Below are positions 39,567 to 50,094 of a DNA stretch of 64,000 nt, piece by piece. This DNA is from a virus: positions 83,531-147,530 of IMG/VR virus record IMGVR_UViG_3300049489_000321; one strand, 5' to 3'. The notes below the pieces were generated by a model, which saw only the letters and a program-made list of their open reading frames with translations, was not told where the DNA came from and did no database searches. How positions within the stretch are numbered: the first letter of the stretch is position 1; every line of letters starts with the position of its first letter. The translations under genes and the position numbers were made by a program.

Positions 39567-40232
39567 ATGTCTGACGACGACGTAATTACTGCTTTGGAAA
39601 AGAAGCTAGAAGAAGGTCTAGAAATAGACGAGCAAACTATTATTGATCCTGATGATCGGCGTATGGTGGCGTATAAGCTACGTCTTAGAGGCCATAATTT
39701 TAAAGACATAGGTATAATGCTTAATGTGACTCCTGCGACTGCAAGCAAGTACGTGGATTCTGCCGCTAAGGCCACTAAACTAAGCATAGATAACTACGAT
39801 CCAAAGCAGCACGTAGCGGAAATGGCACAATCATTAGAAGACATTATCCATACTGGGTGGGACATAGTGAACAACACTGCCGATCCAGAGGTTAAATTAA
39901 AAGCACTACAAGAAGTTAGAAAAGCTATAAACGACAAGCAAAAAGCAGTAATGAACGCTGGTTTGATTAGTGGAGCGGCTCCCACCACTAATAATACGTT
40001 GAATTTCAATCTAATGGGAGATTGGACTGAGGACAACATAGACAACGCAATCGCGGCTGTTTTAGGACTAAGACTAACGACTCCTTTAAAACCGCCTCAG
40101 CCTGATTTAGAAGAGGTTGTTGAAGAATCTGCTGTAACTAAAGTTATTGATATTGCTGATGTTGTCGAAGTGATACCTGTTAAAGTGTCTACTGATGTTG
40201 AAGACGAAGATGAAGACGAATATGAGGATTAG
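39567..40232 (+). CDS. HTH protein, candidate terminase small subunit
   Basis: HTH 'LRLRGHNFKDIGIMLNVTPATASKYV', helical core, acidic tail; adjacent to TerL; TGTTATAAT ends 7 nt before the ATG. Confidence 0.55.
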   Translation: MSDDDVITALEKKLEEGLEIDEQTIIDPDDRRMVAYKLRLRGHNFKDIGIMLNVTPATASKYVDSAAKATKLSIDNYDPKQHVAEMAQSLEDIIHTGWDIVNNTADPEVKLKALQEVRKAINDKQKAVMNAGLISGAAPTTNNTLNFNLMGDWTEDNIDNAIAAVLGLRLTTPLKPPQPDLEEVVEESAVTKVIDIADVVEVIPVKVSTDVEDEDEDEYED

Positions 40233-40235
40233 CTT

Positions 40236-40412
40236 ATGGATGATAAAAACGACGGCCGTATATGGTTAAATTGTAGATCTTGTAAAAAAGAATTTTATCT
40301 AGCTGAAAAAGAGATTAATTTCTTAAAAGAACGTAATTGGGCTTTACCAGCGCGTTGCTTTGGGTGTAGACAGTTTGAGAAGGCCCTAAAAGAACGCGAC
40401 AAGCAAGGCTAG
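40236..40412 (+). CDS. Small zinc-ribbon protein (not in ORF track)
   Basis: MDDKNDGRIWLNCRSCKKEFY...E..F...LPARCFGCR, 58 aa. Confidence 0.65.
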   Translation: MDDKNDGRIWLNCRSCKKEFYLAEKEINFLKERNWALPARCFGCRQFEKALKERDKQG

Positions 40413-40426
40413 TATAGATTTGTCAT

Positions 40427-41065
40427 ATGATAAGTGCTAACACAGATTTAATAGTCATTTTAGTTATTGGTCGTATAGGTGCAGGGAAATCGACTTTTTG
40501 TCGATTAGCTCAAGAAGAATTTGGTGCGCACGTTATCTCTATGGCGGATCCGCTAAAAGAGTTAACTAAGAATGTATTTGATTTTACTCATGATCAAGTT
40601 TATGGTGATTTTACTTCTAAAGAAACGATAGATCCTAGATACGGCGTCTCTCCTAGACATATGCTTCAAAAACTTGGAGAGCAAGCCAGAGCTTGTATAT
40701 CAGAAGATGTATGGGTTAATGCTGTTTGGAAACGTATTATAGATATAGATAGACACGGTTATAAAGAAGGAAAGAGATCATTGGTTGTGGTAGATAGTGT
40801 TCGGCACTACAACGAAGTAGAATCCTTTGAAAGACTTCAAAATAGAGGTGCATTAGATCTACAGGTCGTAAAACTGGTGCCTCTCAATCATGGGCGAGAG
40901 TACGGTACCATAGACGCTCACACATCGGAAGCGGCTGTGGACGAAATTCCTAACCATAGCATAAATGCTGTTTTTGCAAATGACCATGCCATAGGCATAG
41001 ATGTGTTCCACCATAGCATAAGATCTTGGCTTTTAAGAACCTTGGCGGTGTGGAACCATGCGTAA
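40427..41065 (+). CDS. Deoxynucleoside monophosphate kinase
   Basis: GRIGAGKST, MADPLKE, SPRHMLQKLG, DSVRHYNE, HTSE. Confidence 0.85.
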   Translation: MISANTDLIVILVIGRIGAGKSTFCRLAQEEFGAHVISMADPLKELTKNVFDFTHDQVYGDFTSKETIDPRYGVSPRHMLQKLGEQARACISEDVWVNAVWKRIIDIDRHGYKEGKRSLVVVDSVRHYNEVESFERLQNRGALDLQVVKLVPLNHGREYGTIDAHTSEAAVDEIPNHSINAVFANDHAIGIDVFHHSIRSWLLRTLAVWNHA

Positions 41066-41480
41066 GATGGTGTTGGGATTTATGCTTGACCATAAGCATG
41101 AATTCGTCGCTATGATTAGAAAGCCAAATTCTACAAAATGGAATGGAATTGGTGGAAAAGTGGAAGATAACGAATCTTTCCACAACGCCATGGTTAGGGA
41201 GTGTAAAGAAGAGACTGGTTTGGATATTCCTTTCTGGATGTACGCTGGTAAGATGTATAAACTCGGTACAATGCTTGATATTCACGTTTTTGTAACCGCT
41301 ACTGACGACGTGTTCAAGGTATTAAGCCAAGAAGAAGGCGTAGTACACTACCAAAGCGTAACCAGTGTTATAGACAACACGTTAGAAACAACAGATCATA
41401 CTCCTGATTTACTTAAAAGAAGTTTAGCTTGTTTTTATTTTGCGCGCCGAATCCCGTTTGACATATTTGTGGACTGGTAG
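41058..41480 (+). CDS. Nudix hydrolase
   Basis: Nudix box GGKVEDNESFHNAMVRECKEETG. Confidence 0.9.
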   Translation: MRKMVLGFMLDHKHEFVAMIRKPNSTKWNGIGGKVEDNESFHNAMVRECKEETGLDIPFWMYAGKMYKLGTMLDIHVFVTATDDVFKVLSQEEGVVHYQSVTSVIDNTLETTDHTPDLLKRSLACFYFARRIPFDIFVDW

Positions 41481-41781
41481 TAGTGTGAGCGAGTACCCAG
41501 ACAGATTTTGTGGTCACTGTGGACGCAAGATGCTGTTGCTGTATCAGTTTTATTATTGTCCAAAGTGTGATCCACCAAGATCAGGTAAAAGTGACTGGGA
41601 CGACGACGAAGTTACTCCGGTAATATCATTTGATTTGAAATGGGAAGAAGACGAAGACGAATATGATTGGCTACCTCTTAAATCGCCAAAACCCACTCTT
41701 CCCTTAGTTGCGTGTACGACGTGCGGAACTGTAGGATACGCAGGCAGTATGTGTGTGAATTGCGGATTATTTAGACCATGA
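41466..41781 (+). CDS. Zinc-finger hypothetical protein (start uncertain)
   Basis: Four CxxC pairs; the listed start is approximate. Confidence 0.4.
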
Positions 41782-41978
41782 AAAATTTTCCAATAAGTGA
41801 TAGGCTTCAAGAAGCTATAAGAAATCTTGCCATTATTGCTATGGAAGAAAACTATAGAATCCTAAAAGGAATTCAATTAGTAAAAGGATACCATGGACTT
41901 AGGGATCAAGACAGTTTGTATGATGAAATCGAGCTATATGTAGATACTGGGATTGTTAAAATAATGCTTGAATATTAA
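41778..41978 (+). CDS. Hypothetical protein
   Basis: ATGA overlap. Confidence 0.5.
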   Translation: MKNFPISDRLQEAIRNLAIIAMEENYRILKGIQLVKGYHGLRDQDSLYDEIELYVDTGIVKIMLEY

Positions 41979-41983
41979 TCCAA

Positions 41984-42003
41984 TAATTTTGTAGATGATT
42001 CTT
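41984..42003 (+). promoter_or_regulatory. Phage promoter-like motif (class TAAYTTTGT-N7-TCTT)
   Basis: TAATTTTGT AGATGAT TCTT; ATG at 42009. Confidence 0.7.
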
Positions 42004-42008
42004 GATAT

Positions 42009-42560
42009 ATGAAACCTGCCGCTGCAAAGAAGCATTCTCTCGATCTTCACGATTCTGTTGATCTTGTTGACACTATTGTCAGCAACACCGACCGTCTGAC
42101 TGCAATTCAGGCCGATATTGCAGAAGCTAGGGCTGTCCTGGACGAACAGGTGTCGTCTATGCGTAGGCTTGCTTCCTATAGCGGCGTACTGATTGGTACG
42201 GTCAACGTCCGTGGAAGTAATCGATCTGTAAGCTATACTTTTTCTAATCACCTGACCCGCACCTCTGTTACGGCAGAGGACAAGATCCGCGCGGATCTTG
42301 GCGAGCACTATGAAACCCTTTTCACCCGTGAGAAGACGGTTAAGGTTCGTGAAGGTGCGATGGACACTCTTAGAGAGCTACTTGGTGACAGGTTTAACGA
42401 CCTTTGCGAAGTGACGGAGACCATCGTTCCTAAGCCGGAATTCCGTCAAAACGTTCACGAAATTCGTCAAACCCTTGACCCTACCTCTCCTGTTAGGGAA
42501 AAGCTGGATACTTACGAGGTTTCGTTCACTGCGAAGCCAAGCATGAAGGTAGGAGGTTAG
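42009..42560 (+). CDS. Hypothetical protein
   Basis: 183 aa directly after the promoter motif. Confidence 0.7.
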   Translation: MKPAAAKKHSLDLHDSVDLVDTIVSNTDRLTAIQADIAEARAVLDEQVSSMRRLASYSGVLIGTVNVRGSNRSVSYTFSNHLTRTSVTAEDKIRADLGEHYETLFTREKTVKVREGAMDTLRELLGDRFNDLCEVTETIVPKPEFRQNVHEIRQTLDPTSPVREKLDTYEVSFTAKPSMKVGG

Positions 42561-42725
42561 GTGTCTTTTTTCAAAAAGTCTTGTTGGGCTTGTAAGGGAA
42601 ACGGATGCGTATTGAACTACGCAGGAATTCCTATTGAGTGTCCTATTTGTGACGATCCTGGTAGTCCGTACTACGGCTTTTCGAAGAAGCAGTATGTAAA
42701 GCGTCAGAAGGAGGCATTTGGATAA
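42561..42725 (+). CDS. Small zinc-finger protein (not in ORF track)
   Basis: GTG start with SD GGAGG; CWACKGNG...CPIC; TAATG overlap with next gene. Confidence 0.6.
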   Translation: MSFFKKSCWACKGNGCVLNYAGIPIECPICDDPGSPYYGFSKKQYVKRQKEAFG

Positions 42726-45441
42726 TGCTGTACCACAAGAAATTGCCTCTTGATTGGAAGATTATAGAGTATGTTGATGATAAAGAAGTCCGTGCTTTTA
42801 CATACGATTCAGAATTGAATATAGTGGAGTTTTTCTCTGCTTATTATTCCGATGGTTATTGGAGGATGTGGCAAGATGTAGGTTTTTCGTTGTACTGTGA
42901 AGAACTGGATAATTTTATTCGTACTGTGAACAAGGAACGACAATTAAATGGCAAAGACTCCCTTTAGAATGCGTAATAAGCCGGTTAAGCCAGTGCGTAA
43001 AACACTGAAACACGGAGAATCTCTGTGGCGTGGTCGCTATTCTTTGTCTGAGCTTCTTGAAAAGGCTAACGCATACAACGCTAGCTATGATTTCTGTTTT
43101 CTAGAATTTGATGAGGGTAGTTACGGAGACGGTCCTTCTATGTCCATGGAAATTAATTGCTCGGAATCAGACGACAATTTTCAGCGTCGTATGGACGAAT
43201 ATCATAAGAATCTAGAAAACTACAATGAATGGGCAAAAAAGAACGCTACTGAAATAGCTAAGCGTGAAGAAGAAGATAGATTAAAAGAAGAACAGAAGCG
43301 TCAAAACGCCATTGTAGAGACAGAGAAGCAACGCCTAGCACAGATTAAGAAGCTTGAGAACGAACTTAAAAAACTAAAGGACGAAAATGTATAAGAAAGA
43401 AGTTGAAATACCACCGCCTGAGAAACCTACTGAATGGTGGGTTCCTGTTGTTGGTATTGGTATTATAATTGCCTTGGTCGTAGTAGGTATTTGGACAGTA
43501 TCTGTTGTATTTAATGGATTCAAGTGGCATTATACAGAAGACTACGATACCGGCGAACATATTAGGCACAAACCGCATTGGTCTTTGAATCCCGAGTGGT
43601 AACATGGACATAGACCAACGATTACGCACATTAATGATGGAAGTAGGTTGCTGCGGAACTGACTGCACGGAAACGTGGAAGTTAGTTCGATCAGTTTTAG
43701 CTATTGGCGAAGAACTTGGACGCGAAGAAACAAAACAAGAAATCATGAATTTGGTATTGGATAAAACGGTAAAAACAACTGTTGATCCAAAAAGAGATTT
43801 AATAGATCCTGTGTACGTGTTAAACGATTTATTTAGACTGATAAAAGAAGATATCTAAATATGATTACACTGTTTTTTATGATGATTGCGATGCTGTTTG
43901 TAGGAGCAATGATTTGCGATGCCCAAAAGCATAGTTGTTGTTACGACGGTCCTTGTGTGTCTACCCTAGACTGTGATATCTGTGGTTGTGAGATTACGTG
44001 TCAAGAGGAAGACGGTACGTGGCAACCAGATAAGGACGTTATTTGTGACGAATGTGGTGCGTCATATATCCTAAATGTTGACGAAGATAGCGAAGACGTT
44101 TGGCTAAATCTAAACCAAACAGGTTACGAACGAGTTGTTGAGTTGGAGAAAACCATTAGAAAGTTTGCTAACAAATGAAAAATAGCTGGAAAACAGAAAC
44201 CAAAGCACTCATAGAAATGGGTGCTAAAATGATTGCCGTAGATCTAGGCCAATCCGCTTTAGACGAAGTGGAGAACCTATCTGCGGCTTTGTCGGTTGCG
44301 GAGGAGCACGTTACAGAGCTTAAAGCAATGCCCCGCTGGGCTCTGTCCGAGAAGCCACACAACCTGTCGATGGCAGAGATGACTGCGCTGGTGAAGCGCG
44401 AGCGAGAAAAAGGTGCCACCGACGAGCGCGCTCGCATCGTGGCGTGGTTGCGCGCCAAAAAGTACGGACCCGACGCGAACGGTTACTCGAAGCACTGGGC
44501 CGATGAAATCGAATCCGGCGCCCACCTTCCGAGCGCGACCGAGGGGGAGTGATGAGCACGAGCAAGCCATGGTTCGAGGTCCAGTTCTGGTATTCGGGCC
44601 ACGAGCGGTGGTCTACCGACGAGAAGTATCGGACCGAGGCAACCGCTAGGCGCGCCCGCGAGAAGCTCAAGCAAGGCATGCGAGACGACGGACTCCCTGC
44701 CCGCACGCGAATCATTCGCTGCGAGGTGCTCCAATGACCGCCCACACCCCACCTCCCACGGATAATGATTCTGATGTGCTATATGAGCGATTAGCGACTG
44801 TATTTGAAAAGCACGTAGAAGCTATGATTGAGAAGGCTGTGGCGCCGCTTGAGAAGCGCATCAAGTGGCTTGAAAAAGCAACCAACCACGTTTGGAAGTG
44901 TAGGTAAGATGTGAATAATCCGGTATTATGGTTATTGTGGACAGTTGTTATATCTTCACCGATTGTTATAATTTTCTTTGGTCACAAAATACTTGGTGTC
45001 GATAAGGTCGATAAAACAGAACTTAGTGAAGCTTTAAATAAATTAGGAAAACTTTAGATTTATATGGCTTTTTTAGTTAAAAAAGAATGGAATAATGGAT
45101 ACTATTGCTGTTGTCATAGAACTTGGGACGACGACGGAGAGTGGTATGAGGACAAAGAAGAAGCTTTAGCGCAATTCGTAGTACCACCGTGGGATGATGA
45201 AGTAGCGCGTGTTCTTGATGTTCACCTAAATCGTATTACAATTGAAGACGGCTCCAGTGGAGAGCTTGTAGCAGAGGCTGAGCTAAACTGGTTATCGCGA
45301 GATTATGACCACTTTTGTTGGAGCGGACAGGTGGAGGGAAAGACTTTTGAAATCGTAATAGGTGGTAACGAAGGAGAGTCTTGGGTAGAGCTAGAGGCTA
45401 GGCTTAGAGAAGAAAAAGGTACTTCTATGGGGAAACGATGA
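42725..45441 (+). other. Run of small coupled hypothetical ORFs (42725, 42948, 43387, 43604, 43861, 44175, 44549, 45064)
   Basis: Tiled + strand ORFs with start/stop overlaps; no function recognised. Confidence 0.6.
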
Positions 45442-46256
45442 GCGAATACGACGAATTGGTTATTCAACGTGGTATAGAGAATAGACTGTTGGCCCGAGAG
45501 AACGACCAGCTCCGCGCCCAGCTCGCGACCGCTGAGAGTGAACTAGACCTCGCGCTGCGGAATCTTGAGGCTGCCGAGCAACGCGCTGCGGAGGCGGAAG
45601 AGAAGCTGCGAGACGCGGACGCGCAGTGGTGGAGTGTGCGCAGTGCCGAGTTCGGCGCACTCACGTCCGAGCGCGACGCCTTGCGCGCCGAGGTTGAGGA
45701 ACTGCGATTCGTGCATCTCAATGCACCTGAAACAGAAGTCGAAAAGCTTCGTGTTCAGTTACATGAGTATAAGCAACGTGCTCGTGACTACGCTGAATCG
45801 AGTGACAGGTATCAGAACCAACTTAAAGCTGGTGAGGAGCGTGCAAAGAACAAGATGGTCGAGCTTATGCAGCTGCACCTCGATGAGAAGAATGCTCTAC
45901 TCGCTGATGTCGATGGATTACGCACCGAACAAGCTAGGCTCCATGGCATTATCACCGACCTGACTAGCGACAATATCAAGAAGCATGCCGAGGTCGAGCG
46001 GTTACGCAAAAGTGCGGACCCTGAGTTGACATTCAATATTCAGGCTGTCTGGGGGTTGACAAAGAAATTGTCAGCGGTGAGTGAGCATAACGACCACCTG
46101 TGGACTTCTCTGCTGGACGCAAAGCTATGGCTTGAACGGATGTACGGCATTGCAAGCGGCAATGCCCAGGTGTTTCCGAACAACTGGACGCTACAGGCGC
46201 TTGAATGCCTCAGGCGACTCGATAAAGTATTAGGAGATAAAGATGGAAGCAAATAG
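45438..46256 (+). CDS. Mosaic coiled-coil protein in GC-rich island
   Basis: Shares DQLRAQLA, AAE.RAAEAE, ERDALRAEVE and AEVERLR blocks with 50561..51220. Confidence 0.65.
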   Translation: MSEYDELVIQRGIENRLLARENDQLRAQLATAESELDLALRNLEAAEQRAAEAEEKLRDADAQWWSVRSAEFGALTSERDALRAEVEELRFVHLNAPETEVEKLRVQLHEYKQRARDYAESSDRYQNQLKAGEERAKNKMVELMQLHLDEKNALLADVDGLRTEQARLHGIITDLTSDNIKKHAEVERLRKSADPELTFNIQAVWGLTKKLSAVSEHNDHLWTSLLDAKLWLERMYGIASGNAQVFPNNWTLQALECLRRLDKVLGDKDGSK

Positions 46257-46956
46257 TCCTATAGCTCTTTGTGAGCACAACGTAGATAAGCAATATCGTT
46301 GTGATTTCTGTGAGGAACAGAAATATTGTGAATCTAAACAACAGATTAAGACTTTAGAAGACGCTCTAACTGATAGAAGTTACGCGTATGTTAAGAAATA
46401 CGAGAAAACCAAACAATGGGCTTTACTATGGAAAGCTTTAGCTAAGGATCTTTTTGAAGAACTTAACTGGCACGTAGATGAACAGTTAGCGGACGATATC
46501 ACTTATTTAGCTGTAGAAAACGAAAGCTTGAAACAGCAACTAGAACTTGCTAATAAAATGTATGAGCACGTAGTTATTCAAAGAAACGTAGCTTGGAAAG
46601 AATGTGAATTCCTAGAAGCTAGGTATGCTACTTTAGAATCGGCCTTCTATCAGGAAGGTAATGCTGAGGGCTACAATAAGTTCTGTGAAGATAAGGATGA
46701 AGTCTAGACAATGTGGTATGTAATAGCTTATGTTGTAGGAATGTTCCCGGCAGTTGCCGTAGCAGGATATCTTAACGGCGTTGATCGTGAAGTTGGTAAC
46801 CACTATGCCTGTGATAGTGCTTTTGGTTTTGCAGTTTTACTTATGCTTTTTTGGCCTTTGATAGTTTGCGGTTTGATAATCAGTATCCCCTTTACTGTAG
46901 CTGTAATGCTTTACGATTACGGTGAAAAAAGAGGAAGAAAGAAGAATGAAAAATGA
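46243..46956 (+). other. Two hypothetical ORFs (46243..46707 coiled coil; 46711..46956 two-TM membrane protein)
   Basis: ORF track; hydrophobic segments in the second. Confidence 0.55.
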
Positions 46957-47327
46957 AGTATCTGATTAGTGTTTTTGCGTGGTGTTTATTGGTATCGTGC
47001 GGCGAAGACAAGTACACGTGGGAAGATGCCTATGGTACGATTTCTGCGGAATTCTGTCATTTTCAGTCAGAGTGTTCTTACCTAGGAGATAAGACTAAAG
47101 AGGAGTTTCGTGACACCTGTGAAGATCATGCCATGTACCATGAGTGCGAAATCAATGATCTTTGTGACTATTCACTAGCTGAAGGTGCGGAAGAAGCTGT
47201 AGACAAATGTGTGGAAGCCATGCATCAGCCAGAGTATGCAAGTGCTTGTGTTTACGCGTTTTACGGCATTCTACCCGCAGAGTGTGAAGATTTTTGGGCT
47301 TTTAAGCCTGATCCAGACGCAGAGTAA
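46953..47327 (+). CDS. Cys-rich lipoprotein
   Basis: Lipobox-like LVSC followed by eight further Cys. Confidence 0.6.
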   Translation: MKYLISVFAWCLLVSCGEDKYTWEDAYGTISAEFCHFQSECSYLGDKTKEEFRDTCEDHAMYHECEINDLCDYSLAEGAEEAVDKCVEAMHQPEYASACVYAFYGILPAECEDFWAFKPDPDAE

Positions 47328-47344
47328 CTTTGTAGGACTCTCCT
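47325..47344 (+). promoter_or_regulatory. Phage promoter-like motif
   Basis: TAACTTTGT AGGACTC TCCT; ATG at 47349. Confidence 0.65.
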
Positions 47345-47348
47345 TGAC

Positions 47349-47510
47349 ATGGAGAAGCTAAAAGAGGTACTACTGGTTATCGCCAAAGTGGTTGCTTGGA
47401 GTTTCGTCGGAATTCTACAAGTTACCGCTTGGCTACTGAATGCTGTGTTTTTTATTCTTATGTGTTTTTTGGCCGGATTCGGCCTCGGAAGCCTAGTCAA
47501 CAGGAATTAA
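47349..47510 (+). CDS. Small membrane protein (not in ORF track)
   Basis: MEKLKEVLLVIAKVVAWSFVGILQVTAWLLNAVFFILMCFLAGFGLGSLVNRN, 53 aa; starts 24 nt after the motif. Confidence 0.65.
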   Translation: MEKLKEVLLVIAKVVAWSFVGILQVTAWLLNAVFFILMCFLAGFGLGSLVNRN

Positions 47511-47518
47511 TTAAAATT

Positions 47519-48880
47519 ATGACTTATTTTGAACGACAAATCCTACTGATGATTCAAACCAAGGTTAATAGCACCGTGTCTAGCGATGCTAGGACTGCTC
47601 TAGAGGCTCTTTATAGAGACATTGAGCAAGGACTGCATTTGGAAGCAAAAACGCCTCCTAAGCCAGTAGGACGAACTACCCTTCAAATTAAGGCAAGTTA
47701 ATGGGAACTAACTATTATTTGCGAGTAGACCCGTGTACTAAGTGTGGGCATAGCCCCAACGAGCTACACATTGGTAAAAGCAGTGGTGGTTGGTGCTTTT
47801 CTCTGCACGTAGACGCTCGTAAAGGTATCAATAGTTTAGACGACTGGAAACCGTTGTTTAAAACAGGTACTATTTTTAATGAGTACGGAGATCAGATTAC
47901 AGGCCAAGAAATGTGGTCCGTTATAACTGAGCGCGGTAGTGATGGTCCGCATGATTGGGCTGGATTTGACTTTGAAAGAAACCACGCGGAAAAAGGTCCT
48001 AGAGGACTGGCTAGACATAAACTAGGTCCATACTGTGTAGGACACGGAGAAGGTACCTGGGATCTAATACCAGGCGAGTTTTCGTAGAAACAACATAAAC
48101 TAGCACAGCTATGAAATATAGTAAAACTTACAACATCTCTGCTAAATCCTTTAATAAAGCAGTTGATGGTCTAAAAGAAAATATTGAATCTGAGTTGTGG
48201 AAACTTAAAGATCCTAAAAAATACGGATATCCAGAAGTCTACGAACTTCATGCTAAACTTATATCCGCAGAAGTTAATTACAGGAGAGCCGAGAACGACA
48301 AGCCGTATATTGTATGGACTGTTGAAGTAACGGCTGGATACGAATACAGGTAATATATGAAAAGCATTCATTCAAAAAACTATAAGTGCAAACAATACGC
48401 GCACGAAACTGATTATGAAGATATCGAAGCTATTACCGTTGGGGACGCTGCCGAATGCTTCGTTGAATCTATCTTTACGTACGAAGCAGATTACTACGAG
48501 GTTGAAGTTAGAGATCCAGAAGACAAGAGATGGTTAATTGTAGTTGACGTAGAATCGTCGCCTTCATTTCGAGCATCTAAAGTTAAGTTGCTACTAAGCT
48601 AATGCCTAAAATTACCGGTTATAAAGCGAGTAAGTTTGTAAAACGTTCTTATGGCGAAGACAATTTTGTCGCGGTTTACGGAGTGTACCCAACGTTTGAA
48701 GCAGCAGAGAAAGAACTTGTTAAATCAGGCAAGCTAGAGTTGTCTCCGTGGGAAGAGTATTTGCCTGGTGCTTGGAGAATGTATGTAGAAGATAAGTGGA
48801 CAGAAGCTTTGTTTATCGATAAAGTTGAAGTAGACGATATTTGGCAACGCAGTTGGGCAAAGATGGGGTACGACGTTTAG
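47519..48880 (+). other. Hypothetical ORFs 47519..47701, 47701..48087, 48111..48353, 48357..48602, 48602..48880
   Basis: Tiled ORFs; 47701 has the recurrent phage pattern MGTNYY...HIGKSS.GW.F. Confidence 0.6.
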
Positions 48881-48887
48881 ATTTTAC

Positions 48888-48959
48888 GGGCTGTTAGCTC
48901 AGGGGTTAGAGCACGCGGCTTATAACCGCGCGACGGGTGTTCGACTCACCCACGGCCCA
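48888..48959 (+). tRNA. tRNA-Ile (anticodon UAU)
   Basis: GGGCTGT/ACGGCCC acceptor, GCTC/GAGC D-stem, CGCGG-CTTATAA-CCGCG, GGGTG-TTCGACT-CACCC, A73; CCA not encoded. Confidence 0.9.
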
Positions 48960-48972
48960 CTAGGGAAAATAT

Positions 48973-49526
48973 ATGGCAAAGAAAGTAAATACCGCTGTTT
49001 CTGAGATTGTAAGAAAAAAGAACAAGGAAATTAAGAAGCTTAAAAGCGTTCTTAGAGAAGTTTGTACTTGGCTAGAGCAGGCTAACGACATCATCCAAGA
49101 CGGATTAGACGCCGAAGAAGGCGATGACGAAGACTGTAAAGCCTTGCTTGAATACGCTAGAAGCTACGCAAAGTAATAGTGTTTAATCCAAAACCAAGAG
49201 ACTGGATCGCTGCTGGCTATACCGAAAAACCTTGGTATGACTATCAACAGTTGCTAGCACACTTCGGAATTGAAGTGGAATACCCTCACGAAAGCTTCCA
49301 CGGACCAGCATATACAGCGGAAGAAGAACATCTAAACAAAGTAGCTTTAAACAAGTTCTACCACAATATGAACGATGAAAAAATAGCTGGACTTCGTAAG
49401 CTATTGAATGATCTAGCGTGGTGGAATAATACTAGTCTTAGTCATATTTGGGGTTATTTCGCAAAGCTAGATGACGCGACTATGTTGAAAGTTTGTTATC
49501 CTTTGTTTTTCATGCTCTGGGATTAG
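48973..49526 (+). other. Two hypothetical ORFs (48973..49176, 49179..49526)
   Basis: ORF track. Confidence 0.55.
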
Positions 49527-49528
49527 AG

Positions 49529-49548
49529 TAATTTTGTGAAACACTCTC
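49529..49548 (+). promoter_or_regulatory. Phage promoter-like motif
   Basis: TAATTTTGT GAAACAC TCTC; ATG at 49554. Confidence 0.6.
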
Positions 49549-49553
49549 AACAC

Positions 49554-49871
49554 ATGAATCGTTGGCTTGAATTGGCTCATAAGTTGAGTTTTGATAGTTG
49601 TCACACTAAGCAGCCTATGGCAGCAGTTGCTATTAGGGGTGGCGTAGTTATTTCCGTAGCCTCAAATCATCGTAAAAGATTTGGGCATGCGGAGCTTAGA
49701 CTCGCTAGTCGTACAAACGACCTTACTGGTGCTACTGTTTATGTTATGCGCTGGAATAAGCGAGTTTCTAGACCGTGCGCAATGTGCCGTGAAACAATGA
49801 AATTTCGTGGAGTAAAGAAAGCCGTTTTTATTGACGAAAACGGTAAGGTTGCGGAAGAGAGGTACACATGA
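49554..49871 (+). CDS. Zn-dependent cytidine/dCMP deaminase-like protein
   Basis: HAE...PCAMC; start reassigned to ATG 49554 from the motif spacing. Confidence 0.8.
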   Translation: MNRWLELAHKLSFDSCHTKQPMAAVAIRGGVVISVASNHRKRFGHAELRLASRTNDLTGATVYVMRWNKRVSRPCAMCRETMKFRGVKKAVFIDENGKVAEERYT

Positions 49872-50086
49872 ATCGTACCAAAAGAGACACTCTTCGTCTT
49901 GAACCAAACAATAACATTCATTTTAATGTTCTTTGTGAAGAGATTCATAGGCTTGGTGGTGTGGTTAAGTGTGTTGATGGTTATGTAGATATTTCTGTGC
50001 CTATGGAGCACGCTGATAAAGCTCAGCGAGCTATTTTTGATTATGTTAAGATGTCAAAACACTTTGAAAAGTATACGTTTAAGTAG
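49868..50086 (+). CDS. Hypothetical protein
   Basis: ATGA overlap, SD GAGG. Confidence 0.5.
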   Translation: MNRTKRDTLRLEPNNNIHFNVLCEEIHRLGGVVKCVDGYVDISVPMEHADKAQRAIFDYVKMSKHFEKYTFK

Positions 50087-50094
50087 GATAACAT

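Noticed and set aside
47396-47518. N-terminal extension of ORF 47396..47701
   Set aside because: Overlaps the better-supported membrane ORF 47349..47510; ATG 47519 preferred
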